NCBI GenBank assembly: GCA_049294295.1
Contig: JBAQCP010000259.1
Location: 1 to 61,755, forward strand
Length of the DNA: 61,755 nucleotides
Direction: 5' to 3'
Origin: Gammaproteobacteria bacterium
GTDB taxonomy: Bacteria > Pseudomonadota > Gammaproteobacteria > DSM-16500
The notes below the pieces were generated by a model. That model ran no database searches. It was given only the letters and a program-made list of their open reading frames with translations, and was not told where the DNA came from. Positions 8,568 to 18,563 of the stretch are shown here, piece after piece. Positions within the stretch are counted from its first letter, which is position 1; every line of letters starts with the position of its first letter. The translations under genes and the position numbers were made by a program.

Positions 8568-9516
8568 AAACCCTAAAAGAATAAATAAGCTTGTCAAAAT
8601 CAAACTCGATATTGACTCAAAAAGTGCATCTGACGCAAAAACGGTAGGGTATTATTCGAAAATATTTTTAACAGCAACCTTGCCTCATAGCAAACCGAAA
8701 CAACATTACTTTCAACGTACTAACGGTAATTTTACTATGAGTATGATAGGCAACCCAAAATATGGGTTGCCTTATGGTTCTCTGTCTAGAGTCTTTTTAG
8801 CTTGGATGGTACGAGAAGTAAAGCTTAGAAAATCTCCAATATTACATTTGGGAAGACTTTCTGAATTTTTGACTGCACTTAATTTATCACGTAGTGGTGG
8901 AGAGCGTGGGGATATTACAAGACTCCGTGATCAGATGTTAAGGCTTTTTTCCACGCAAATTTCATGTGCTTATACGGATGAAAAAATAGGTCGCACACGT
9001 GCTGATCAATTTCTAATTACACAATCATTCGATATTTGGTGGAATCCACTAAATGGGCAGACAGCAGATAATTTGGATAAATCTGTTATAACTTTATCGC
9101 AAAACTTTTATGAAGAATTAAAAGCTAATACTGTCCCTATTGATACCAGAATGCTTGAAGCTTTAAGAGGATCGCCATTGCAAATAGACATTTATACTTG
9201 GCTAACGTATCGATTCTCATACTTAAAAAAACCGTCAAATATATCATGGAAAGCATTAGCTTTTCAGTTCGGTTCAAATTCTCATTATGCGAGCACCTCC
9301 CAAGGTTTGCGAGATTTCAAACGTGAGTTTAAGAAAGCTCTTGATATTGTTAAAGCTATGTATTGCAGTGCAAATGTTAAGATTTTAGATACTGGAATTA
9401 GGTTACTTCCTAGTCCGACTCATATCAGAAAAAGCAAGAATAATGAAATATTGAAGTTATCCACAGAAGAAATGATATCCACAGATATGTTGGATTTGGA
9501 GAGTTATCCACGATGA
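8530..9516 (+). CDS. repA: Plasmid replication initiator, IncW-type RepA (RepA_C family)
   Basis: ATLPHS, GLPYGSLSRVFLAWM, SGGERGDITRLRDQMLRLF, SPLQIDIYTWLTYR, LAFQFGS motifs. Confidence 0.88.
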   Translation: MKQISMNMKSISKNPKRINKLVKIKLDIDSKSASDAKTVGYYSKIFLTATLPHSKPKQHYFQRTNGNFTMSMIGNPKYGLPYGSLSRVFLAWMVREVKLRKSPILHLGRLSEFLTALNLSRSGGERGDITRLRDQMLRLFSTQISCAYTDEKIGRTRADQFLITQSFDIWWNPLNGQTADNLDKSVITLSQNFYEELKANTVPIDTRMLEALRGSPLQIDIYTWLTYRFSYLKKPSNISWKALAFQFGSNSHYASTSQGLRDFKREFKKALDIVKAMYCSANVKILDTGIRLLPSPTHIRKSKNNEILKLSTEEMISTDMLDLESYPR

Positions 9517-9645
9517 AATATTCTTGCTTTTGGGTGCATTCTGCGCTGAAACGTTCTTGGAAGTGCGCTGAAACATTCTTGCTATATATATACCTGTAGT
9601 TACCTATATTAAATCCTGTAGATGGAGCACAAAAAAAGTGGATAT
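9457..9645 (+). promoter_or_regulatory. Probable oriV of the RepA replicon
   Basis: DnaA boxes TTATCCACA (9457), ATATCCACA (9475), TTATCCACG (9504); direct repeats TGCGCTGAAACrTTCTTG at 9542 and 9564 (22-bp period) plus a partial copy at 9514; CCTGTAG repeats in an AT-rich tract. Confidence 0.75.
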
Positions 9646-9696
9646 GTTAATAAAAATGATTAAGACCGTACTAATTCACAATAATGGAAATATCTC

Positions 9697-10680
9697 ATGG
9701 TAAATGTGATTGCACACGATTCGAGCTTTATATCCAATCGTGCAGAACATGAAAAACGTATCGCAGAAAAATTAAAGCGTGAACTTGGCCCACAAATTTG
9801 TGAATTTCTTGAAGACCCTAGCGTGATTGAAATCATGCTTAATCCTGACAGAACTTTGTGGGTTGAACGACTAGGAACTCCGATGGAGCAAATCGGATCA
9901 TTCTCAGCTTCTCGAGCTGAAGCTATCATGGGCACAGTGGCCTCAACACTCCGTACTCAGATTACTGCTCAAAATCCGATTTTAGAATGCGAGTTACCGA
10001 TCGATGGCTCACGCTTTGAAGCATTGATTCCACCAGTTGTTTCTTCACCAACTTTTACTATACGTAAAAGAGCATCGAAAATTTTTACACTTTCAGATTA
10101 TGTTGAAACATCAATTATGACTGAGACACAACGCGAAGCTATCGAAATGGCGGTTCGTAATCGCCAAAATATATTAGTTGTAGGAGGTACAGGTACAGGA
10201 AAAACTACACTTACAAACGCTATCATAGACTACATGGCCACAGCGTGTCCGCATGATCGCATTGTAATCATCGAAGATACTGGTGAGCTGCAATGCACCA
10301 CAAAAAATGTTGTTATTCTTCGCGCAGTTGATTATGTGGATATGACTCGACTTCTAAAAGCAACAATGCGCCTTCGCCCAGATCGAATTTTAGTAGGAGA
10401 GGTTAGAGATGGCTCGGCATTAGCTTTATTAAAAGCATGGAATACCGGTCATCCAGGAGGAGTAGCAACCGTTCATGCAAATTCTGCTTTAGCCGGATTA
10501 ATTCGCATGGAGCAACTAGTATCTGAGGCCACTCAGGCACCCATGCAAAGGTTAATTGCAGAGGCTGTGGATTTGATTGTTTTCATAGAAAAAACAAGCG
10601 TTGGAAGAAGAATTAAAGAAGTTATTACCGTTACTGGATATGACGGCACCCAATACCAAACTATATCAACTAAGCCATAG
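9697..10680 (+). CDS. trbB: P-type conjugative transfer ATPase TrbB (VirB11)
   Basis: EIMLNPD, GGTGTGKTT, MRLRPDRILVGEVR, WNTGHPGG. Confidence 0.96.
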   Translation: MVNVIAHDSSFISNRAEHEKRIAEKLKRELGPQICEFLEDPSVIEIMLNPDRTLWVERLGTPMEQIGSFSASRAEAIMGTVASTLRTQITAQNPILECELPIDGSRFEALIPPVVSSPTFTIRKRASKIFTLSDYVETSIMTETQREAIEMAVRNRQNILVVGGTGTGKTTLTNAIIDYMATACPHDRIVIIEDTGELQCTTKNVVILRAVDYVDMTRLLKATMRLRPDRILVGEVRDGSALALLKAWNTGHPGGVATVHANSALAGLIRMEQLVSEATQAPMQRLIAEAVDLIVFIEKTSVGRRIKEVITVTGYDGTQYQTISTKP

Positions 10681-10691
10681 GAATTTTATTT

Positions 10692-11156
10692 ATGATTGCA
10701 CCGATATTATCTATTTCCTCTCTCGTGACAAAAGTGAGGATTGCTATTATCAATCCCTATACCTGGCTGATTATGCTTCTATTTGTTGTGCTTTTCTTGA
10801 GTAGTATAAATTCGGCCATGGCAGCTAATATTTCTGAGAGCGGTTCAGGTCTGCCATGGGAAGGCCCATTAACTAAGATTAGTAATTCTATCAGCGGGCC
10901 AGTGGCTTTTGTGATTGCGCTGACCGGCATTATTGCATGTGGTGCAACATTAATTTGGGGTGGTGAAATATCCGAATTTACTCGCCGAATTATCTATCTT
11001 GTGATGGTGATATGTGTAATCGTATTCGCCAAATCTATGCTGCAAGGCACGCTTTTTACGGGTGCAGTTGTATCACAACATACTGTTATTACTATTGCGG
11101 ATGTTTCTGCATATGAAAAATTACACCCGAGCATTCTTCATCTGGGTGGTAAGTAA
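10692..11156 (+). CDS. trbC: Pilin TrbC (VirB2)
   Basis: GLPWEGPLTKISNSISGPVA, LIWGGEIS. Confidence 0.92.
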   Translation: MIAPILSISSLVTKVRIAIINPYTWLIMLLFVVLFLSSINSAMAANISESGSGLPWEGPLTKISNSISGPVAFVIALTGIIACGATLIWGGEISEFTRRIIYLVMVICVIVFAKSMLQGTLFTGAVVSQHTVITIADVSAYEKLHPSILHLGGK

Positions 11157-11158
11157 TA

Positions 11159-11473
11159 ATGGAAGAAATTTCATCTCAACGTTTGACGCCATTTCATCGT
11201 GCATTACATCGGCCTCAGCAGATCATGGGAGGTGAGCGTGAGTTGGTTTTATTTTCAATGCTTATTGCCGGCGGCTTGATCGTATCAGCTCTCAATCTTG
11301 TGGCTACAGTGATTGGCGTCTCGATCTGGTTGGTATGTATTTACGCTTTGCGGAAGATGGCTAAGGCCGACCCGAATATGTCCAAAGTATATATTCGCCA
11401 GCTCAAATATAAGCACTACTACGCTCCTTTTTCTCGACCATATCGCATAGCTAAATCATCAGCTATTTACTGA
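11159..11473 (+). CDS. trbD: TrbD (VirB3)
   Basis: RPQQIMGGEREL, RKMAKADP. Confidence 0.92.
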   Translation: MEEISSQRLTPFHRALHRPQQIMGGERELVLFSMLIAGGLIVSALNLVATVIGVSIWLVCIYALRKMAKADPNMSKVYIRQLKYKHYYAPFSRPYRIAKSSAIY

Positions 11474-11490
11474 ATAATTAATTTAAGGAT

Positions 11491-14007
11491 TTGTGTATGC
11501 TTTCATTATCACAATTTCGCAGCAAAGTAGCGGGCTTACCGGATCTTCTTAATTATGCTGCGTTAATTGACGAAGGAATTGTACTCGGAAAAGACGGATC
11601 GTTAATGGCAGGTTTTTTCTTTCGAGGCGATGATGCTGCAACAGCTACACAATCTGAACGTAATTATGTTACAGCATTGGTCAATCGATATCTTTCTCGA
11701 TTTGATTCAGGTTGGGCAGTGTGGGCAGATATCACGCGCCTATCTTCTCCAGGTTATTCTTCACCTAAGAAATCACATTTTCCTGAGCCGATTACAGCTC
11801 TTATAGATGCTGAGCGTCGAGCCACATTTCTAAAAGAAAATACTTTATTCGAAAGTGAATATGCCTTAATTCTTCAATATCTACCGCCAACTCGACGCGA
11901 CTCAAAGTTAGGCGAACTACTTTATAGTAAAGACGATAGGGTGGACGAGACTAACCCCGCTGAGCGTATTTTATTTGAGTTCAAGAAAAAACTTGATGAT
12001 TTGCAAGATGGGCTTGGTGATTTAATTCATATGCGACGTATGACTACCGTCACCGTTGGTATGGGAGATGATTCTTACCAGAGTGATGAGCTGTGTAATT
12101 ATTTGCATTACGTTCTGACAAATGAACCGATGGCCCTGCGTATTCCTGATTGCCCAATGTATTTAGATTCATGGCTGGGTTATCCAGAACTTTGGCCAGG
12201 AGAGACACCTAAATTAGGAAGCAAATATATTACTTGTGTCGCAATTGAAGGCTTCCCTGGTAATTCATTTCCGGGCATTCTCGATATGTTAGATGGTTTA
12301 CCCCTTACATACCGATTTTCATCGCGATTTATCTTTACTGAGCAGTCTGAAGCAATAGCTGCATTAGATCGTTATCGATTAAAATGGGCACAAAAAATGC
12401 GAGGTTTTGTATCGCAAGTATTTAAGTCTCAAAAAGGTATGATCAACACTGATGCTGTTAGTATGGCTAAGCAAGTTGAAGTTGCTATAAATGATGTTAA
12501 TTCAGGCTTAATTTCATATGGATATTACACACCTGTTGTCGTACTTACACATGAAGATCGCAATTATCTTTATGAACAAGCTCGCTTCGTTAAACGAGAG
12601 CTTGAGCGTAAGGGATTTGCATCTCGTATTGAAACAGTCAATGCACTAGAGGCTTGGCTTGGGACATTACCAGGCCAAACTTATCCGAATGTACGCCGCC
12701 CATTAGTGCATACATTACAACTTGCTGATCTTATGCCTTTATCAAGCGTTTGGCCTGGATTGCGTGAAAATCCTTGCGATAAATATCCAACTGGATCACC
12801 ACCTTTGATGTACACCGTCACCAACGGTGCAACCCCTTTTCGTCTTAATCTGCATGTAGATGATGTAGGCCATACTTTAGTTTTTGGACCTACTGGAGCA
12901 GGTAAATCCACTTTATTAGCTATGATACAAGCACAGTTTCGACGTTATCAGGGCAAAGACCGTCTGGATGGAAGTCGTCTACCGGCTACTATTACAGCAT
13001 TTGATAAAGGTCGATCACTTTATACGCTTTGTAAAGCGACAGGCGGTATTCATTATGATCTTGGAAATGATGAAGTGGAAACACCAGCGCTAGCCCCGTT
13101 GGTCGATATTGATAGCGAGAGTGAGGCATTGTGGGCAGAAGAATGGCTAGCAACCTGTTATGAATTGCAAGCTAAGAAGGCACCGACACCCCAGCAAAAA
13201 TCTGAAATTCATCGCGCTATAACACTGCTGCGCGAGGCTCCTAGAGAATTTAGATCTTTGACAGATTTTGTAACAACGGTACAAGACGCAGAAGTAAGAA
13301 ATGCGTTAACGCATTACACAATATCCGGCTCTATGGGGCATTTGCTGGATGGTAAAGAAGATGGCTTAGAAATAAACAATTATACAGTGTTTGAAATGGA
13401 TGACCTCATGAAGATGGGAGATACAAATGCTATCCCTGTATTACTATATTTATTTCGTCGATTCGAACGTTCACTGAAAGGCCAACCCGCTATGTTATCT
13501 TTGGATGAAGCATGGATCATGCTTGGACATCCTGTGTTTCGCCAAAAATTAAAAGAATGGCTAAAAGAGCTACGTAAAGCAAATTGTCTAGTGATTTTGG
13601 CAACGCAAAGTTTATCAGATGCTTTGAATTCAGGTTTACTGGATGTGTTACTTGAGCAGTGTCCGACTAAAATTTTATTACCAAATAAAGAAGCGCATCT
13701 TCATGGCACAAAAGATATGCCTGGGCCTGCGGATCTTTATTCTATGTTTGGTTTGAATACTAAAGAAATAAATTTACTTAAAAATGGACAATACAAGCGT
13801 CAGTATTATTACAAATCACCGCTAGGTCGCCGCGTATTTGAGCTTGGTTTAGGGCCTATAACAAAGGCTTTTGTTGCTGTTTCAGGTAAGGATGATTTAG
13901 CGAAGGTACGGCACTGTGTTGAAGAGTATGGCACAGATTGGCCATTATTTTGGTTACAACATAAAGGAGTTGATTATGCGCAATATCTTTCACAAAAAAC
14001 TGCTTAA
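11491..14007 (+). CDS. trbE: TrbE (VirB4) ATPase
   Basis: GLPDLLNYA, GPTGAGKST, LDEAW, LRKANCLVILATQSL. Confidence 0.96.
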   Translation: MCMLSLSQFRSKVAGLPDLLNYAALIDEGIVLGKDGSLMAGFFFRGDDAATATQSERNYVTALVNRYLSRFDSGWAVWADITRLSSPGYSSPKKSHFPEPITALIDAERRATFLKENTLFESEYALILQYLPPTRRDSKLGELLYSKDDRVDETNPAERILFEFKKKLDDLQDGLGDLIHMRRMTTVTVGMGDDSYQSDELCNYLHYVLTNEPMALRIPDCPMYLDSWLGYPELWPGETPKLGSKYITCVAIEGFPGNSFPGILDMLDGLPLTYRFSSRFIFTEQSEAIAALDRYRLKWAQKMRGFVSQVFKSQKGMINTDAVSMAKQVEVAINDVNSGLISYGYYTPVVVLTHEDRNYLYEQARFVKRELERKGFASRIETVNALEAWLGTLPGQTYPNVRRPLVHTLQLADLMPLSSVWPGLRENPCDKYPTGSPPLMYTVTNGATPFRLNLHVDDVGHTLVFGPTGAGKSTLLAMIQAQFRRYQGKDRLDGSRLPATITAFDKGRSLYTLCKATGGIHYDLGNDEVETPALAPLVDIDSESEALWAEEWLATCYELQAKKAPTPQQKSEIHRAITLLREAPREFRSLTDFVTTVQDAEVRNALTHYTISGSMGHLLDGKEDGLEINNYTVFEMDDLMKMGDTNAIPVLLYLFRRFERSLKGQPAMLSLDEAWIMLGHPVFRQKLKEWLKELRKANCLVILATQSLSDALNSGLLDVLLEQCPTKILLPNKEAHLHGTKDMPGPADLYSMFGLNTKEINLLKNGQYKRQYYYKSPLGRRVFELGLGPITKAFVAVSGKDDLAKVRHCVEEYGTDWPLFWLQHKGVDYAQYLSQKTA

Positions 14008-14737
14008 CCTTGTTTTAATGATCAATACGTTAATGGGATTAAGTTTTTTAAGCACAACAGTCTATGCATTTGCATGCGTAAATTGTTCTACCTTCTATCA
14101 GCAGATGTATCAATTTGCTGAGGAAGTTAATACGGAGTTAAATACAGCTGACCAACTTATAATGCAGACTAATCAATATAAGAACATGGTTTCACAAGGA
14201 GCCAAGTTGGACTCATCTATCCACAATAATATTTCAGCTGATTTACAGAGAGTGGTTGACGTATACAATCATTCGCAGGCGTTGGGCCGAAAAATGCAGA
14301 ACTTAGATTCAAAATTCAATGAAAGTTTTCCAGGGTATCAATCTTATCTGAGAACGACAAACCAATACCCAGCCTCTAACACGATGCCTGATCGTTATCA
14401 AAAGTGGTCGGAGCAAGGACGCGATAATGTGAAGTTGGCAATGAAAGCTGCCGATCTAAATATCAGCACGTTTGATAATGAGGATATACAACTTTCACGT
14501 ATGGTATCGCGTTCACATACAGCTCAAGGAAGAATGCAAGCTATTCAGGCAGGTAACGAAATTTCAGCACAGAACGTACAGCAATTGCAAAAGCTACGTG
14601 ATCTGATCGCAACACAAATTAATATGCAAGGCAATTATATTGCCCAAATACAGGATCGAACGACACTCGATGATGCACTAAACCAACAACGCCGTAGTGG
14701 CGTTATTATACAAACCGGAAATACCAAGGGGTACTAA
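13976..14737 (+). CDS. trbJ: TrbJ (VirB5-like)
   Basis: ATG at 13976 with RBS AAGGAG; signal peptide; AQGRMQAIQAGNEI...QQLQKLR; gene order. Confidence 0.88.
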   Translation: MRNIFHKKLLNLVLMINTLMGLSFLSTTVYAFACVNCSTFYQQMYQFAEEVNTELNTADQLIMQTNQYKNMVSQGAKLDSSIHNNISADLQRVVDVYNHSQALGRKMQNLDSKFNESFPGYQSYLRTTNQYPASNTMPDRYQKWSEQGRDNVKLAMKAADLNISTFDNEDIQLSRMVSRSHTAQGRMQAIQAGNEISAQNVQQLQKLRDLIATQINMQGNYIAQIQDRTTLDDALNQQRRSGVIIQTGNTKGY

Positions 14738-14738
14738 T

Positions 14739-14924
14739 ATGCTAAATATAAAATTGTCAGTGTTCATCGCTTCACTCATTGCTGCTGCATTAGTCGGTGG
14801 CGTTAGTTCAACTATTCTAGTTCATATGCTAACTGATAAATCCTCGAGGGATGAGTGTAGTTCAGGTAATAACATACAAGCACGCGGTGTACTCATTCAT
14901 ACTGAAAGAAGCCAAGGATACTAA
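14739..14924 (+). CDS. trbK: TrbK-like entry exclusion protein
   Basis: Small ORF between trbJ and trbL; its C-terminus RGVLIHTERSQGY mirrors the TrbJ C-terminus SGVIIQTGNTKGY. Confidence 0.55.
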   Translation: MLNIKLSVFIASLIAAALVGGVSSTILVHMLTDKSSRDECSSGNNIQARGVLIHTERSQGY

Positions 14925-16456
14925 TGTTGCAGGTAAAAGGTTCATACATTATGTGGGTTGTATGCTTTCTGGGGTTGTTTGCCATTACATCTGATGTAAT
15001 GGCATTGACTGATCTTCATGATCCTAGCGGCTCGTTAACAGGCTTGCTAGATTTAGTGAAGCAACAATCATTAAAGTGGGATGTGAAATTGCGTGTCTAC
15101 GCTAATACACTTTTCTGGCTGCTAGCTGTTATTCAATTAGTCTGGACATTTATGCCGTTGGTATTCAGGCAAGCTGATATGGGTGAAATTGTTGGTGAAC
15201 TTGTTCGCTTCATTATGATTATTGGCTTTTTTTATGCGCTCTTACTGTTTTCATCAGATTGGGCGGATAAAATAGTGAGCAGCTTCAGGTTAGCGGGTGC
15301 TAATGCAGCGGGGCTCGGTGATACTCAAATCCGACCAGGTGATATTTTTGGTGTAGCAATTCAGCTTGCTTATATTATTGGTGATTTTAATACACTCAAT
15401 CCAATGGTGGGCATGATGATCTCGTTGGCTGAGCTTGTCGTATTGCTATGTTTTACATTCATATCAGGATTCATGGCATTGTGTATCATCGAATCTTATA
15501 TTGTTATCAATGCTTCAGTTTTATTTATGGGTTTTGGTGGGTCACAATGGACGCGTGAATATGCAGTGGCTAGCATCCGTTATGCCGTATCTGTCGGAAC
15601 GAAGCTTTTCATTTTAACCCTCATCGTCGGGATAATTGTTGAATCAGCTAAAACATGGCAAATGGCCTACAATCATGACAATGCTAGCATGTGGACGATG
15701 GTTGGTTTAGCAATAGTTTGTGCCTATTTGGCTAAAACGATACCTGAACTAATCGCTGGCATGATTAGCGGTTCATCAATGAGCGGTGGTTCCATGATTG
15801 GTGGGATGGCAGCAGCGGCAGTTGCTGGTGCTACGGCAGCAATTGCTACTATAAAAACATCGGGTGCATCGAACCTAATGGGTTCCGCAGAGTCTGCTGG
15901 TAGTTTAGCTAGTTCAATTAATTCAAGTTTATCAGAAGGGCCTAATGGAGCGTTCTCAGCAAGTACTAGTAGTCTCTCTTCCGATATAGGTGCATTTACC
16001 GGAGGTGGTGAGACAGCAAAGGACGTGCAATCTGCAACAGGCAATCCAGTAACAGATATTGCATCACAGTCGAGCGGTTCTGGGTTAGACAATCAAACAG
16101 CCAACACTTTTTCGCAACAGTCATCAGATAGCACCCAGCAAGATAGCAGTTCAGTCGCTAATAAGAAGGAAGGCGACACATCAACACATCAATCATCAGA
16201 TACAACAGAGCAACAAAATGGTAACGCTGCTCAAGAAAATAAATCGGGTAATAAAGTTGCTGCTGGTTTGGTTCGTGGAGCGGGGATTCTAGCAGCTATT
16301 TCTGTGCCTGGAATGGAAAGCACAGCTGGCCTATCAATAGGAGCAGGTTTGCCTGAACCGATACAAAATTCTTTAGATAATGCTGATTTTTCTATGGCAC
16401 CAAGTAAAGGTAAAGAATCACAAAACATCATCCGTCCAGAAACCACAAAAAAGTAA
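14924..16456 (+). CDS. trbL: TrbL (VirB6)
   Basis: LFMGFGGSQWTREYA, multi-TM N-terminus, G/A/S-rich tail. Confidence 0.93.
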   Translation: MLQVKGSYIMWVVCFLGLFAITSDVMALTDLHDPSGSLTGLLDLVKQQSLKWDVKLRVYANTLFWLLAVIQLVWTFMPLVFRQADMGEIVGELVRFIMIIGFFYALLLFSSDWADKIVSSFRLAGANAAGLGDTQIRPGDIFGVAIQLAYIIGDFNTLNPMVGMMISLAELVVLLCFTFISGFMALCIIESYIVINASVLFMGFGGSQWTREYAVASIRYAVSVGTKLFILTLIVGIIVESAKTWQMAYNHDNASMWTMVGLAIVCAYLAKTIPELIAGMISGSSMSGGSMIGGMAAAAVAGATAAIATIKTSGASNLMGSAESAGSLASSINSSLSEGPNGAFSASTSSLSSDIGAFTGGGETAKDVQSATGNPVTDIASQSSGSGLDNQTANTFSQQSSDSTQQDSSSVANKKEGDTSTHQSSDTTEQQNGNAAQENKSGNKVAAGLVRGAGILAAISVPGMESTAGLSIGAGLPEPIQNSLDNADFSMAPSKGKESQNIIRPETTKK

Positions 16457-16477
16457 ACTAATAATACGGAAACTATT

Positions 16478-17164
16478 ATGCAACCAAATAACAAGAAAAC
16501 TGTCACTCCCTACCTTGACGCACGTCGTGAATGGAATGAGCGTTATGGCAGCCATATTATAGAAGCTCGGAATTGGCGTATGGTGACGTTTGTCATTGGT
16601 GCCGCATTAATCATTTCAATATTCTGTAATGTCCTTCAAGTTCAGCATGAAAAGATTGCTGTTTATTATGTCAATACAGATAAGGGTGGCAATACCTATA
16701 GCGTTTGGCGAGCTGATCAATCAACACCAGGCCCAAAGACTGAACAGATACGAGCGGCTTTACAAAATTGGTTATTGGGTGCTCGTACAGTATATGCAGA
16801 TAGTCGGGCGACTAACCGTGTGATAGATGCAACCTATGCAATGACACTGCCAGATAGCATTGCATATAAAGAATTGTCTTCTTATCACCGAGAGCATAAC
16901 CCTTACGAGCGAGCTGCAAATGAGACCGTTGAACTAATATTACAAATCCCTGTCCAGCTAACAAAAGATACCTGGCAACTTGAGTGGACAGAGATTGTTA
17001 AAAATCGCACCTCTGGAAAAATGATTAGCACGGAAAACTATCAGCTGACTGCAAATGTACTGATAGCTTCGCCGAAAGATGAGGCTCAGCTGATCGCTAA
17101 TCCAATTGGTTTATTTGTTCGTCAATTTTCTTGGCCTGTTCGCAACCTATCACGAGAGACATAA
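16478..17164 (+). CDS. trbF: TrbF (VirB8)
   Basis: PYLDARREWNERYG, NPIGLFVRQFSW. Confidence 0.93.
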   Translation: MQPNNKKTVTPYLDARREWNERYGSHIIEARNWRMVTFVIGAALIISIFCNVLQVQHEKIAVYYVNTDKGGNTYSVWRADQSTPGPKTEQIRAALQNWLLGARTVYADSRATNRVIDATYAMTLPDSIAYKELSSYHREHNPYERAANETVELILQIPVQLTKDTWQLEWTEIVKNRTSGKMISTENYQLTANVLIASPKDEAQLIANPIGLFVRQFSWPVRNLSRET

Positions 17165-17167
17165 ATC

Positions 17168-18106
17168 ATGAAAAATATTCTTCATTTTAAAAAATATTCC
17201 TGGGTAGTAGTAGGTCTTTTGACACTTATGATTGCCCCTGTGTCTGCACAAAATGTGCCAGCGCTAACGGTGAATAAAGATGAAACTGTTAATAAGATCA
17301 ACTTGATGTCTCCCAATAACGTGCTGCTTAATAGAAAAGAAATTTATAGTATTCGTTTGGTAAATGAATGGAAAAGCCACCCTGATCGTCCCCACCACGG
17401 TGCAGATGGAAGTGTGAAATACCTTTTTGGCGCAACCTTACCAACATTGATTTGCACACCCTTGGAAGTTTGCAGCATTGTTTTGCAAGAAGGTGAAGTG
17501 GTGAACGATGTTCATGCGGGTGACAACGCGCGATGGAAAATTACGCCTGCAACAATAGGTAACAAAGGCAATCCCACGACTGTTATTGTCATTAAGCCTA
17601 CTGATGCTGGATTAGTCACCAATTTAAGTGTTGCGACCGACAGACGTTTATACACTATAAAGTTAGTTAGTACGCAAAATAAATGGATACCAATATTGTC
17701 ATTTGATTATCCCGATGATGTTGCGCGCGAATGGGCTGCTTATCACGAACAGCATGCACAGCAAGTTTTTAATACCACTCTTCCAACTGGACAAAATATA
17801 GCTAATCTTGATTTTGGATTTTGTATTAGTGGCGATAATCCAAGATGGAAACCTATTCGCGTCTATACAGATGGTAGTAAGACCTATATTCAATTTTCAT
17901 CAGCTAGCTTTAATGGTGATGCACCTGCATTAGTCGAAAGAGGTAATGATGGCGGATTGTTTACTAAAGCGAGTGAAATGATCGTTAATTATCGGGTCAT
18001 CGGAGACCGTTATGTCGTTGATAAAGTGTTGGAACGAGCTTCTCTTATTGTAGGAGTAGGACGACATCAAACTGAAGTGACTATCACGCGAACGGAGGGA
18101 AAGTAA
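17168..18106 (+). CDS. trbG: TrbG (VirB9)
   Basis: PTLICTPLEVCSIVLQEGE, WKPIRVYTDGSKTYIQF, IVNYRV. Confidence 0.94.
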   Translation: MKNILHFKKYSWVVVGLLTLMIAPVSAQNVPALTVNKDETVNKINLMSPNNVLLNRKEIYSIRLVNEWKSHPDRPHHGADGSVKYLFGATLPTLICTPLEVCSIVLQEGEVVNDVHAGDNARWKITPATIGNKGNPTTVIVIKPTDAGLVTNLSVATDRRLYTIKLVSTQNKWIPILSFDYPDDVAREWAAYHEQHAQQVFNTTLPTGQNIANLDFGFCISGDNPRWKPIRVYTDGSKTYIQFSSASFNGDAPALVERGNDGGLFTKASEMIVNYRVIGDRYVVDKVLERASLIVGVGRHQTEVTITRTEGK

Positions 18107-18107
18107 G

Positions 18108-18563
18108 ATGAACCGTTTATTAATGGTGCCAATTATAGCAATATTTTTTCTTTGTAGTTGTGCCACGACACGTCCCACACAGTCATACGTTGATTCAGCT
18201 ATAACAACGAATGATGCACAGGTGTTGTCCAGAGATACAGCAGATTATTTAGCTAATCTATTACCGCCAGCCCGAACGACACTTATTTTGGATCCGCCTG
18301 GCAGAATGTCTCACGATTCTCTAACTATCACCATGTTAGCTGCACTGCGAAATCGAGGATATGGCGTAACGATAATTAATTCAAAATCTAATTTATCAGG
18401 TAGTGAGGGTGTACATTTACGATATCTTGTTTCGCCGCTGGATGGCGGTGTTTTGTTACGTTTGCAATATCAAGATATCGAATCTACTCGGTTTTACCCT
18501 CGTGGAACAGATTGCCGGATTCTAATGGGTACACCCTTTATGGTTAGAGGGGATGAAAAATGA
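18108..18563 (+). CDS. trbH: TrbH lipoprotein
   Basis: Lipobox LCSC, LPPART, LRNRGYGV; located between trbG and trbI. Confidence 0.8.
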   Translation: MNRLLMVPIIAIFFLCSCATTRPTQSYVDSAITTNDAQVLSRDTADYLANLLPPARTTLILDPPGRMSHDSLTITMLAALRNRGYGVTIINSKSNLSGSEGVHLRYLVSPLDGGVLLRLQYQDIESTRFYPRGTDCRILMGTPFMVRGDEK

